A stretch of DNA of 64,000 bases from contig JAFAWQ010000017.1 of assembly GCA_019241645.1 (NCBI GenBank), positions 1,973 through 65,972 on the forward strand. The letters are read 5' to 3'. Shown in pieces: positions 37,379-47,077 of the stretch. The translations under genes were made by a program, and so were the position numbers. Each line of letters starts with the position of its first letter. Position 1 is the stretch's first letter. This stretch comes from Alphaproteobacteria bacterium (GTDB lineage Bacteria; Pseudomonadota; Alphaproteobacteria; Micropepsales; Micropepsaceae). A model generated the notes under the pieces. It saw only the letters and a list, made by a program, of their open reading frames with translations. It did no database searches and had not been told where the DNA came from.

Positions 37379-39880
37379 TCATTTTTTCTCTTCCATACGC
37401 ATCGCATCCGCAATCAAAGCCTCTTCCGCTTCGCGCAGGATATCCTCATGCGCTTCGCCGGCCACCATTTCCTTTGCAATCGCAAGCAGCGCCGGAACCG
37501 CAAGCGGCGAGACGCGATCCAGTAGCTTTGCCACGATTCGCCCCTTCACGCGCCGCAGCGCTTCCGATAGCCGCGCGATGTCGAGCAGGCCATGCCCGGC
37601 GTCCTCATACGTGGCGCGCAGCAGGATGTGATCCGGCTCGTGCTCGCGCAGCACGTCATAGATCAGGTCGGAGGAGAAGGTGACCTGTCGCCCCGTTTTC
37701 TCCTCGTTCAGCCCGCGCCGCTGGATGAGGCCGGAAACAATCGCGCAGTTGCGGAAGGTGCGTTTGTAGAGCGCCGATTCCGCCAGCCACGCATCCAGAT
37801 CGTCACCCAGCATGTCCTCGTCGAACAATTTGTCCATGTCGGCGCCGCCCAGGTCGCGCAGGGCCCAGATGGCAAGCGCGTATTCATTGGCGACGAAGCC
37901 CAGCGGACGCAGGCGCAGCCGCTCCAGCCGGCGCGTCAGCAACATTCCCAGCGTTTGGTGCGCCAGCCGCCCTTCGAAAGGATAGCAGACGAGATAGTGC
38001 TTGCTGCCGCGCGGGAATGTTTCCACAAGCAGCTGGTTGGGGGAGGGAATGATCGAGCGCCATTCCTGGATCTTCAGCCATTCGCCGACCGGCTCGGGGA
38101 GCGCGCCCCACATCTTCGGGTTCGCCAGCATCTCGCGCACGCGACGAGCGAGAAAGGTGGAGAGCGGAAATTTGCCGCCATTGTACGACGGCACTTCCGC
38201 TTCCGGATCCTGGGTGCGCGTGACATAGGCGGCGTTTTCGCGAATGCCTTCGAAGCGCAGCACATTGCCGGAAAAAACGAAGGTATCTCCCGGCGCCAGC
38301 TGCTCCAGAAAATACTCTTCCATATGTCCCAGCACGCGGCCTCCCGCACCCACCGGCCGGCCTTTTCCCTGCAGCTTGATGTCCAGCATTGGCTCTTCGA
38401 CGATGACGCCGGCGTTCAGCCGGTATTGCTGGGCGATGCGCGGATGCGAGATGCGCCACTTGCCGTCGCTCATGCGGCGCAGCTTGGCGTAGCGGTCGTA
38501 GCGCTTCAGCGCATAACCGCCGGTGGCGACGAAATCGAGCACACGATTGAAGGTGTCCCTGGTCAGCGCGCGATAAGGCGCAGCGGTCTTCACTTCGCGA
38601 AAGAGCGCATCCGCATCGAACGGCGCGGAGCACGCCATGCAAAGAATGTGCTGCGCCAGCACATCGAGCCCCCCGCGGCGCGGCGGATCGCCGTCGAGCT
38701 CGCCCGCCAACACGGCGTCGCGCGCCGCTTCGCACTCCAGCACCTCGAAGCGGTTGGCGGGAACGAGAATGGCCTGCGAGGGCTCATCCAGCCGGTGATT
38801 GGCCCGGCCGATCCGCTGCACGAGGCGCGCGGCGCCTTTCGGCGCGCCCACGCAAATAACCTTGTCCACCGCGCCCCAGTCGATGCCGAGATCGAGCGTG
38901 GAGGTGCACACCACCGCGCGCAATTGCCCGCGCGACATTGCGGCTTCGACCTTGCGCCGCTGCTGCGGCGCGAGGCTGCCGTGATGCAGCGCGATGGCGA
39001 GATTGTCTTCGTTGATGCGCCACAGCGCCTGGAAGGTGCGCTCGGCCTGCGCGCGCGTGTTGACGAAAACGAGCGCGGTGGTGGAGGCGCGGATCGCCGC
39101 CATCACATCCGGCATGGCGTGGTAGGCCATGTGCCCGGCCCATGGCACATAGGATTCCGAAGCGATCACTTCGATGTCCGGCCTGGCGCCGGCTCGCCCA
39201 ATCACCAGCGCTGACTTCGCTTCCCCAATCGGCGGCTGCGGCGCGAGGTAGTGCTGCAGCGGCGCCGGGTCGGCGACCGTGGCCGACAAGCCGATGCGCC
39301 GGTGCTTCGCGGCGAAGGTTTGCAGGCGCGAAAGGCCCAGCGCCAGCAATTCGCCGCGCTTTGTGTTGATCATCGCGTGCAACTCGTCCAGCACCACCGT
39401 CTTCACCCGCGCGAACATGCGCTCCGCGTCGCGATGCGACAGGAGCAGCGAGAGCTGCTCCGGCGTGGTCAGCAGAATGTCCGGCGGGGAATATTTCTGG
39501 CGCTGACGGCGCGAGGCGGGCGTGTCGCCGGTGCGCGTCTCGATGCGGATGTCGAGGCCCATCTCCGCCACCGGCATTTCGAGATTGCGCGCGACATCCA
39601 CCGCCAGCGCCTTCAGCGGCGAAATGTAGAGCGTGTGCAGGGCGCGGGCGCGCGACCGCTTCGGCGTCTGGGAAATCTCGATCATGCTGGGCAGAAAACC
39701 GGCCAGCGTCTTGCCGCCGCCGGTTGGCGCCACCAGCAGCACGGATTCCCCCCGTCGTGCGTGATTGAGCAGCGCCACCTGGTGCGCCCGCGGTGTCCAC
39801 CCGCGCGCCGCGAACCAATCCGCGAAACGCGGAGGCAGCCCCGCGCTGTGGAGGATTGCGGTTGGGAGGACCACGTTCAT
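37379..39880 (-). CDS. lhr: Ligase-associated DNA damage response DEXH helicase (Lhr-core)
   Basis: APTGGGKT, SPLKAL, TTPE, DELH, HHGSL, TSTLDLGIDW, QRIGRANH. Confidence 0.95.
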   Translation of the reverse strand: MNVVLPTAILHSAGLPPRFADWFAARGWTPRAHQVALLNHARRGESVLLVAPTGGGKTLAGFLPSMIEISQTPKRSRARALHTLYISPLKALAVDVARNLEMPVAEMGLDIRIETRTGDTPASRRQRQKYSPPDILLTTPEQLSLLLSHRDAERMFARVKTVVLDELHAMINTKRGELLALGLSRLQTFAAKHRRIGLSATVADPAPLQHYLAPQPPIGEAKSALVIGRAGARPDIEVIASESYVPWAGHMAYHAMPDVMAAIRASTTALVFVNTRAQAERTFQALWRINEDNLAIALHHGSLAPQQRRKVEAAMSRGQLRAVVCTSTLDLGIDWGAVDKVICVGAPKGAARLVQRIGRANHRLDEPSQAILVPANRFEVLECEAARDAVLAGELDGDPPRRGGLDVLAQHILCMACSAPFDADALFREVKTAAPYRALTRDTFNRVLDFVATGGYALKRYDRYAKLRRMSDGKWRISHPRIAQQYRLNAGVIVEEPMLDIKLQGKGRPVGAGGRVLGHMEEYFLEQLAPGDTFVFSGNVLRFEGIRENAAYVTRTQDPEAEVPSYNGGKFPLSTFLARRVREMLANPKMWGALPEPVGEWLKIQEWRSIIPSPNQLLVETFPRGSKHYLVCYPFEGRLAHQTLGMLLTRRLERLRLRPLGFVANEYALAIWALRDLGGADMDKLFDEDMLGDDLDAWLAESALYKRTFRNCAIVSGLIQRRGLNEEKTGRQVTFSSDLIYDVLREHEPDHILLRATYEDAGHGLLDIARLSEALRRVKGRIVAKLLDRVSPLAVPALLAIAKEMVAGEAHEDILREAEEALIADAMRMEEKK

Positions 39881-39970
39881 GGGGGAAGACTAACTCAAAA
39901 CACTTGCTAGGCAGAACGTGAACGACATGGTATATATGACCAGAATTCGGACCAGATTGGAGTCTGGACA

Positions 39971-40210
39971 ATGGAAACCGTCAGCCTGGCCAATGCCAAG
40001 GCGCAACTCAGTAAGCTCATCGATAGAGTGGAAACCGGAGAGGAGGTTGTGATCACCCGTCACGGGCGACCTGTGGCTCGGGTCACGGCGGTCGAACAGC
40101 CGAAAAGGCCAATCGATTTCGACGCTCTCGCGAGGATCCGCAAGAGCAATCCGCCGCTGCGCAAATCGAGCGCGAAGCTGTTACGCGAAATGCGCGACGA
40201 AGAGCGGTAA
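39971..40210 (+). CDS. Phd/YefM-family antitoxin
   Basis: VSLANAKAQLSKLIDRVETGEEVVITRHGRPVARV. Confidence 0.92.
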   Translation: METVSLANAKAQLSKLIDRVETGEEVVITRHGRPVARVTAVEQPKRPIDFDALARIRKSNPPLRKSSAKLLREMRDEER

Positions 40211-40647
40211 TGCTCTACTTCGATACAAGTGTCCTCATCCCCTTGGTTTTGTCAGAAAGCACGAGCGCCGAGGTTCATCGGTTTATCAAAAAACAGGCCG
40301 TCTCCGGTCTGGCGACGAGCCATTGGACAAGAGTGGAATGCTCATCGGTGTTGGCGCGGGAAGTCCGCATGAAACATTACCTCTCATCAGCCGCTCTAAA
40401 GGTGGATGCCGATCTCGAATCGCTGATCTACGCGTCCTTCGAAATACTGGCAGTCACACGGGGCGATCTAGAGACTGCAAAACTACTCCTACAAAAGTAT
40501 GAGACAGGCTTGCGTGCTGGGGATGCGCTGCATCTGGCGATCGCGAAGAACAACCATGCGCAGATGATCTATAGTCTGGACGATAGGATGATCCGCGCCG
40601 GACGATTGCTGGGCCTGCCGGTTTCTCGTGGGATTGACAGGAAATGA
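40210..40647 (+). CDS. vapC: VapC PIN-domain toxin
   Basis: LYFDTSVLI, RAGDALHLA, YSLD; ATG overlaps the antitoxin stop. Confidence 0.9.
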   Translation: MLYFDTSVLIPLVLSESTSAEVHRFIKKQAVSGLATSHWTRVECSSVLAREVRMKHYLSSAALKVDADLESLIYASFEILAVTRGDLETAKLLLQKYETGLRAGDALHLAIAKNNHAQMIYSLDDRMIRAGRLLGLPVSRGIDRK

Positions 40648-40671
40648 ACAGGTTTGCTGTGGGAGAATGAG

Positions 40672-41334
40672 ATGTTTCTCGTCGTCAAGAACGTGCTGGC
40701 GCCGGCCGAGATCGAGCAGATTCGCGCCATCGCCAAATCGGTCCGGTTTGTAGAAGGGCGCGCCTCCAATCCGCACAACCTCGCCAAGGACAACCTGCAG
40801 ATGGATGTGAGCCAGCCCGATGCCGTGCACGCCTCCAACATCGCGGGCGCTGCCATCGCGCGGAACGAGGAAATCCGCAACTTCGTCTTCCCCAAGCGCA
40901 TCGCCTCGCCGTTGCTCGCCCGCTACGAGCCGGGCATGAAGTACGGCAGCCATGCGGACGCGCCCTTCATTCAGCTGCCGAATGGGCCGCTGCGTTCCGA
41001 TGTGTCCGGCACGATCTGGATTGCCGACCCTGCAACTTACGAGGGCGGTGAACTCACCATTCACCTTGGCAGCGAGAACATCTCCATCAAAGGCGAGCCG
41101 GGATCGATGGTGGTGTATCCGTCGACCACCTTGCACGAGGTAACGCCGGTGACAGCAGGGCAGCGCCTTGTCCTCATCACTTTTATCGAGAGCGCGATTT
41201 CCGACCAGGTCGAGCGCGAACTGCTGTGGCAGCTGAACGAGATCCATGCTCTCGAGGGTCTTAAGATGGACTGGGAGAATCGCACCCGTCTTCAATACGT
41301 CATCGCCAGCCTCCACCGGCGCTGGGCAAGCTGA
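40672..41334 (+). CDS. PKHD-type Fe(II)/2OG dioxygenase (PiuC/YbiX-like)
   Basis: YGSHAD (HxD), RSDVS, YEGGEL, YPSTTLHEVTPVTAGQR. Confidence 0.9.
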   Translation: MFLVVKNVLAPAEIEQIRAIAKSVRFVEGRASNPHNLAKDNLQMDVSQPDAVHASNIAGAAIARNEEIRNFVFPKRIASPLLARYEPGMKYGSHADAPFIQLPNGPLRSDVSGTIWIADPATYEGGELTIHLGSENISIKGEPGSMVVYPSTTLHEVTPVTAGQRLVLITFIESAISDQVERELLWQLNEIHALEGLKMDWENRTRLQYVIASLHRRWAS

Positions 41335-41562
41335 CAGGTACGTGACTTGTCTCGGGCACGCGACAGGAAATTCCCCCCAACCAAGCGCCATTGAAGCCTT
41401 GTTTCAAAATCCAAGGAGGGTAGGCAAAAAGCGAAGATTAACTCTGGCGCAACGCACGCTCTATGTGGTACCCCGCGCGCGGGTAATCCCATCGGGGAGT
41501 GACGGCGGCCTGGGCTGCACCCCTTACGCGCAAGATCCCGGCAACCAAAGAGAGGGTAAGAC

Positions 41563-43137
41563 ATGCCAAAGTTTCGTGCTTCAAGCACAACGATCGTGGC
41601 CGCGATGTCGGCCGCACTGCTTTCGACGACTGCGCTTGCCTCGAAAGGGCACCTCACGCCATTGCCGGGTCAGGCCAAGCATTCCGATGCTGCCAATGTT
41701 TCGCAAGGAAAGGGGCTGGCACCGAAGATCAAGTCCGGCGTGTGGTCCGCGCTCAAGAACATGCCGGCATTCAGTTCTTTCCCCGATACGGCACTGGTGC
41801 TGACCGACGGCACCGTTGTGATGCACGATGGCTGTACCTCTGACTGGTTCAGGCTGACACCCGACAGCAAGGGAAGTTACATCAACGGCGCGTGGAAAAA
41901 GACGGCATCGATGTCGTCCGACTACAAGCCGCTCTACTTCGCCTCCCAGGTCCTGAACGACGGCCGCATGATCATCAATGGCGGCGAATACAATAGCTGC
42001 AGCGCGGTGTGGACGACCAAAGGCGCGCTGTACGATCCGGCCAAGGACAGTTGGTCTTCGGTCAGCCCGCCGAGCGGCTGGAGCACGATCGGCGACGCAA
42101 CGTCCATCGTGTTTGCCGATGGCACCTATGTTCTGACGAATTGTTGTTCGTCGGACTACGCTCTGGCGACAATCGGCGGCAGCGTGTCATGGACCGTCAA
42201 AACGGGAGCTCAGACCGGCAAGGGCGACAGCAACAACGAAGAAGGCTGGACGACCCTGCCTAACAACACGATCCTGACGGTCGACGCCAATCGCAATCTC
42301 GGGGCGGGCAAAAACAACGTCGAAATCCTGAATCCATCCACCAACAAGTGGAGTCAGGCCGGCACGACTTGTAGCGCCGTCGTGGACGCGGGTTCGCATG
42401 AAATCGGACCGGCGCCACTGCTGCCCACCGGGTTTGTCTTTCAGGCCGGCGGTACCACCAATAATAACGTTTACGATCCGGTGGCCGACAGTTGGAAGTG
42501 CTCGGTAGCTTTCGCCGGTGGCCTGGATTCGTCAGACGGACCAGCGGTGGTCCTGCCAAACGGGCATGCCCTTTTCCAGGTGAGCCCCGGTGTGTTCCAG
42601 ACGCCTTCGCACTTCGTGGAAGTTGAAGTGAAGAGCATGAGCAAAGTCACGGCCAAGCAGGTGGCCGAGCCGGCGAGCGCCGCGAACCAGAGTTCGTATG
42701 AAGGCCGTCTCGTTCTGTTGCCGACAGGCCAGGCTTTCTGGACAAGCGATGTAGGCGACATCCGGATCTACACGCCAAAAGGTCATGCAAAGGCCGCGTG
42801 GAAGCCGACTATCACGAATGTCCCGGCAACGGTCGCTCGCGGAAGCTCGAACAACGTCGTTCAGGGCACGACCTTCAACGGTCTGAGCGAGGGCGGTTAC
42901 TATGGCGACGATGGGCAGATGAGCACCAATTTCCCGCTCGTGCGCATCACCAACAACGGTTCGGGAACTGTCTGCTATGCGAAGACGCATGACTTCTCCA
43001 GCCGCGGTGTTTCTCACATCGGTGATGCTGGTTCGGCGAAGTTCGACGTTCCGAACAGCTGCGACAAGGGCGCAAGCAAGCTTGAAGTGGTGGTGAACGG
43101 CATCGCCTCCGTTCCTTCATCGGTGACGGTCAACTAA
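41563..43137 (+). CDS. Secreted Kelch-repeat protein with C-terminal Ig-like domain
   Basis: Signal peptide; 7 blade motifs (LTDG, LNDG, FADG, LPNN, LPTG, LPNG, LPTG) with YDP..W closers; C-terminal beta-sandwich. Confidence 0.85.
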   Translation: MPKFRASSTTIVAAMSAALLSTTALASKGHLTPLPGQAKHSDAANVSQGKGLAPKIKSGVWSALKNMPAFSSFPDTALVLTDGTVVMHDGCTSDWFRLTPDSKGSYINGAWKKTASMSSDYKPLYFASQVLNDGRMIINGGEYNSCSAVWTTKGALYDPAKDSWSSVSPPSGWSTIGDATSIVFADGTYVLTNCCSSDYALATIGGSVSWTVKTGAQTGKGDSNNEEGWTTLPNNTILTVDANRNLGAGKNNVEILNPSTNKWSQAGTTCSAVVDAGSHEIGPAPLLPTGFVFQAGGTTNNNVYDPVADSWKCSVAFAGGLDSSDGPAVVLPNGHALFQVSPGVFQTPSHFVEVEVKSMSKVTAKQVAEPASAANQSSYEGRLVLLPTGQAFWTSDVGDIRIYTPKGHAKAAWKPTITNVPATVARGSSNNVVQGTTFNGLSEGGYYGDDGQMSTNFPLVRITNNGSGTVCYAKTHDFSSRGVSHIGDAGSAKFDVPNSCDKGASKLEVVVNGIASVPSSVTVN

Positions 43138-43161
43138 AGCTTGGAATTTGACTAGAAGTTG

Positions 43162-43194
43162 GGCCGCGGCGTTCCACGCCGCGGCCTTTCTCTT
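43162..43194 (+). terminator. Rho-independent terminator
   Basis: 11-bp stem GGCCGCGGCGT-TCC-ACGCCGCGGCC followed by TTTCTCTT. Confidence 0.8.
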
Positions 43195-43349
43195 GTGGCG
43201 CAGGACGGATTCGTCAGCGCTGCCCTACTGTTCCAATCAGTGTAATGTAATGTTAATGTGTCAGAAAGTTTATGGCAATGCGAGGCGCCTAGAGTGGCGG
43301 ATATGCGGCATCGGGTGACGGTGCTGGGCAACGAGGCGGGATAGTTCAG

Positions 43350-45023
43350 GTGAGTTTGCATCCGGAACGTCGGCTAGAGCAGCTGGTCCTCGATCGGGGG
43401 CTGGTTGCCCCTGAAACCTTTGCGCGCGCCCGCCTTGTGCAGGAGGAAACCGGCGAGCGGCTGGATTCCGTGCTCACCCGGCTGGGGCTCGTCGCCGAAC
43501 AGACGCTGGCCAATACCATTGCAGCGGAGGCGGGGCTGTCGGTCGCCACTCCCGAGGATTTTCCGCAGGAACCAGTTGCGGTTGAGCTGCTCGCCGCGCG
43601 TTTTCTGCGCGACGTTAAGGCGGTCCCCCTGGCGGCGACGGATTCTGAATTGCGAGTCGCTCTTGTAGATCCTCTCGATCCCTATCCCATTCAGGCGCTG
43701 GGCTACGCCACCGAGCGCAAAATTTCGGCGCTGGTCGCGCGGGCCAGCGACCTCGAAGCGGCCCTGGACCGGCTTTACGGTTCGGAGCACGAGGCGGACG
43801 GCGAAGATCCCAATGCCGCCGACGAGGCGGATGTCGAGCGGCTGAAGGACCTGGCGAGCGACGCGCCAGTCGTGCGGCTGGTGAACAGTCTGATCACCCG
43901 CGCTTCGGAATCCCGCGCCTCCGACATTCATATCGAGCCGACCGACGACAGCATCAAGGTGCGCTTCCGGGTTGACGGGGCGCTGAAGGAAATCGAGAGC
44001 CTGCCGGCGCACCTCAAATCCGCGCTCATCTCCCGCATCAAGGTCATGTCGAGTCTCGACATCGCAGAGCGCCGCCTGCCGCAGGACGGCCGCCTGCGCA
44101 TCGCCGTGCGCGGGCATGAGATCGATCTGCGCGTCGCCACATCGCCGACCATTCACGGCGAAACGGTTGTTCTGCGTATTCTTGACCGCTCGAAGCTGTC
44201 GCTCGATTTCAGGGCGCTGGGTTTCGACGACGAGGTTCTCGATCCCTACCTCAACGCCATACGCCAGCCGCACGGCATTGTGCTGGTGACGGGACCGACC
44301 GGCAGCGGCAAGACCACGACGCTTTACGCCTCGCTCGCGACGTTGAATTCGCCGGACCGCAAGATTCTCACCATCGAGGATCCCATCGAATATCGGCTCG
44401 CGGGCATCAATCAGACTCAGGTGAAACCGCAAATCGGCCTCACCTTCGCCGCCGCGCTGCGCTCGTTTCTGCGCCAGGATCCGGACGTGATGATGGTCGG
44501 CGAAATCCGCGATCTGGAGACGGCGGAGGTGGCGGTGCAATCGGCGCTCACGGGCCACACCATTCTTTCAACGCTCCACACCAACGACGCGTCGAGCACG
44601 GTTACCCGCCTGCTCGATATGGGCGTCGAGCCGTTCCTGATTACCTCAACGCTGAACGCGGTGCTGGCGCAGCGCCTCGTGCGCCGCCTCTGTCCGCATT
44701 GCCGCGAGGATTACGAGCCGTCGCAAGCGGCCCTGCACGCGCTCATGCCGGAGCTGACTTCGCGGTCTATCACGCGCCTTTACCGGCCCAAGGGCTGCGA
44801 GGCCTGCGATGGAACCGGATTCCGCGGACGGCTTGCCGCTACCGAACTGCTTGTGATGAATGACGAAATCGCGCGGCTGGTGCTCGCGCGCTCGGAGGCG
44901 CGGGAAATCCAGCGCGCGGCAGCGGGCCAGTCGATGCGCACGATGTTCGCGGACGGTCTCGCCAAGGCCCAGGCGGGGCTCACAACGATTGAGGAGGTGC
45001 TTCGCGCCACGCGCGAAGTCTAG
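43350..45023 (+). CDS. gspE: T2SS ATPase
   Basis: ASDIHIEP, LPQDGR, GPTGSGKT, TIEDPIE, LRQDPD, TGH..STLHTN, CPHC/CEAC. Confidence 0.96.
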   Translation: MSLHPERRLEQLVLDRGLVAPETFARARLVQEETGERLDSVLTRLGLVAEQTLANTIAAEAGLSVATPEDFPQEPVAVELLAARFLRDVKAVPLAATDSELRVALVDPLDPYPIQALGYATERKISALVARASDLEAALDRLYGSEHEADGEDPNAADEADVERLKDLASDAPVVRLVNSLITRASESRASDIHIEPTDDSIKVRFRVDGALKEIESLPAHLKSALISRIKVMSSLDIAERRLPQDGRLRIAVRGHEIDLRVATSPTIHGETVVLRILDRSKLSLDFRALGFDDEVLDPYLNAIRQPHGIVLVTGPTGSGKTTTLYASLATLNSPDRKILTIEDPIEYRLAGINQTQVKPQIGLTFAAALRSFLRQDPDVMMVGEIRDLETAEVAVQSALTGHTILSTLHTNDASSTVTRLLDMGVEPFLITSTLNAVLAQRLVRRLCPHCREDYEPSQAALHALMPELTSRSITRLYRPKGCEACDGTGFRGRLAATELLVMNDEIARLVLARSEAREIQRAAAGQSMRTMFADGLAKAQAGLTTIEEVLRATREV

Positions 45024-45025
45024 AC

Positions 45026-46246
45026 ATGGCGACTTATCGGTATCGCGCCGCCACTGCCACGGGTCAGCTGCGGACGGGTTTGCTGGAAGGCAATTCCCGC
45101 GCCGATGCGCTTGAGCGCCTGAAGCGCCTCGGGCTGATGCCCATTGAGGCTGTTGAGGCCGCGGGAAAGGCCGCCGCGAAGGGATCCGCGGTTCGCGTGA
45201 ATGCGTCCATGCGCCAAGGTGTCGCCAACGCGCTGGGCGAGCTTGCGGTGCTGTTGAATGCGGGCCTCTCGCTCGATCGTGGACTGCAGGTCTGCGTCGA
45301 CAACATTACCAAGCCGCCCGCGCTGAAGGGCGTGTTTGGCAAGCTGCGGGACAAAGTCCGGCACGGCACGGCGCTGTCGCGCGCCATGATGGATTCGGGC
45401 GGCGTATTCCCTCCCATGGCGTCGGCCATGGCGGAAGCGGGTGAGGCGAGCGGAAAGCTCGATGAAAGCCTTGGCCGGCTTGCGGCGACGCTCGATCGCG
45501 CGGAAGCGTTGCGCCAGACCATCGTCTCGTCCCTTGTCTATCCGGCTCTGCTCTTGATCGTGGCCAGCGGCGTTATTCTGGTGATGCTGTTGTTCGTGGT
45601 GCCGCAATTCGAAGACCTGTTTGCCGATGTCGGTGGCAAGCTTCCATTCATGACCCAGGTGATCCTCGGCGCGAGTCGCGCGGTTCGTTCGTATGGCTTG
45701 CTGGCCGCATTGGGAATTGTGTTCGCCGGCATCGCGTTCTACCGCTGGCTCAAACGCCCGCATGTACGCCGCGCCTTCCATCGCCGGCTCCTGAATGTGC
45801 CGATGCTTGGAACGGTGGTTCGAAACGCGGAAACCGCCCGCTTTGCCCGCACGCTCGGTAGTCTGCTGGATGGCGGAGTGCCGCTTCCTACGGCGCTGGG
45901 CATCGCGCAACGATCGATCGCCAATGTTCACATGTCGGAATCGATCGACAAGGTGACGCGCGGGTTGAAGCAGGGCGGCGGCCTCTCGGGCCCGCTTGCC
46001 GCGACCGGACTGTTTCCCCCGATGGCGCTGAGCTTCCTCCGCACGGGCGAGGAAACAGCCCAGCTCGGCTTGATGCTGAACCGTCTTGCGGATGTTCTCG
46101 ACCGCGACGTACGCAATTCGATCCAGCGGATGATTTCCGTCATGACTCCCGCCATCACCATCCTGATGGGCGCAGTTGTGGCGACGGTTATCGCTTCCAT
46201 CATGTCTGCGATTTTGGGCTTCAACGATTTGGCACTGGGACCATGA
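45026..46246 (+). CDS. gspF: T2SS inner-membrane platform protein
   Basis: GEASGKLD, SLVYPALL, VVPQF, GEETAQL; two F domains. Confidence 0.95.
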   Translation: MATYRYRAATATGQLRTGLLEGNSRADALERLKRLGLMPIEAVEAAGKAAAKGSAVRVNASMRQGVANALGELAVLLNAGLSLDRGLQVCVDNITKPPALKGVFGKLRDKVRHGTALSRAMMDSGGVFPPMASAMAEAGEASGKLDESLGRLAATLDRAEALRQTIVSSLVYPALLLIVASGVILVMLLFVVPQFEDLFADVGGKLPFMTQVILGASRAVRSYGLLAALGIVFAGIAFYRWLKRPHVRRAFHRRLLNVPMLGTVVRNAETARFARTLGSLLDGGVPLPTALGIAQRSIANVHMSESIDKVTRGLKQGGGLSGPLAATGLFPPMALSFLRTGEETAQLGLMLNRLADVLDRDVRNSIQRMISVMTPAITILMGAVVATVIASIMSAILGFNDLALGP

Positions 46247-46677
46247 CAATGAAACTGAAACTCCGCCACCGAGGCGATGCCGGCTTCACGCTTCTCGAAC
46301 TGCTCGTGGTGCTCGCGATTCTCGGCCTGCTTGCCGCGATCATCGCGCCGCAGGTGATCAAATATCTCGGCACCTCGCGCACGCAGACGGCCAAGGTGCA
46401 GATCAACAACGTGGTTGCGGCGCTCGAACTCTTCCGCCTCGATGTCGGCCGCTATCCCACGCCGCAGGAAGGTCTCAAGGCCCTGGTGACGGCGGCGCAA
46501 ACCGCGAATGGCTGGAACGGGCCTTACCTGAAGAAGGACAGCGCGCTCGTCGATCCCTGGGGCGACCCATACCTTTACAAGGCTCCGGGCGAGCATGGCG
46601 AGGTCGATGTCTTTTCCCTGGGATCGGACAAACAACCCGGCGGCACCGGTGAGGCGCAGGATGTCGGCAACTGGTAA
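46243..46677 (+). CDS. gspG: Major pseudopilin
   Basis: AG|FTLLELLVVLAILGLLA, WNGPYL, DPWG.PY, SLGSD. Confidence 0.96.
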   Translation: MTMKLKLRHRGDAGFTLLELLVVLAILGLLAAIIAPQVIKYLGTSRTQTAKVQINNVVAALELFRLDVGRYPTPQEGLKALVTAAQTANGWNGPYLKKDSALVDPWGDPYLYKAPGEHGEVDVFSLGSDKQPGGTGEAQDVGNW

Positions 46678-47077
46678 TTCCGAAGCCGGAGTCACGCTGC
46701 TGGAAGCGCTCGTGGTCATCGCGATCATTGGACTGATCGCGGGCGTCGTCGGACCGAATATCGGTGCTTCGCTCGATCTCCTGTCGCTGCGTCAGTCGGC
46801 GAGCGTGCTTCAGGCCGATTTGCGTGTTGCCAGGGCTACGGCCCTGCGCACCGGCAGCCGCGTCAACGTTAAGCCGCTGGCGAATGGCCGCGGTTATGAC
46901 TGGATCGGCGGGACCAAACGCCTGCCGTCGAATATCAGCCTGAATATGTCCGGACCGGTGTCCTTTTTCGCGGATGGGTCGATGGTGCCTGCCAATGTCG
47001 CTCTCGTGTCGGGTCAGCGCCGGCTTGCGATGACCTTTAATGTCACCACCGGCGCCATCACCACAGGTGCCCGATGA
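46661..47077 (+). CDS. gspH: Minor pseudopilin (GspH/FimT-like)
   Basis: AG|VTLLEALVVIAIIGLI; start at ATG 46661; position after gspG. Confidence 0.8.
   Translation: MSATGNSEAGVTLLEALVVIAIIGLIAGVVGPNIGASLDLLSLRQSASVLQADLRVARATALRTGSRVNVKPLANGRGYDWIGGTKRLPSNISLNMSGPVSFFADGSMVPANVALVSGQRRLAMTFNVTTGAITTGAR

Noticed and set aside
37592-39214. 540-aa plus-strand ORF
   Set aside because: Antisense shadow of lhr; no recognisable domain.
41335-41562. Possible riboswitch in the leader of the Kelch gene
   Set aside because: GC-rich stems exist but I could not match any known aptamer consensus; an Rfam scan would be needed.
43374-44558. 394-aa minus-strand ORF, and similar ones opposite gspF, gspL and gspD
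   Set aside because: Antisense shadows of well-supported T2SS genes.
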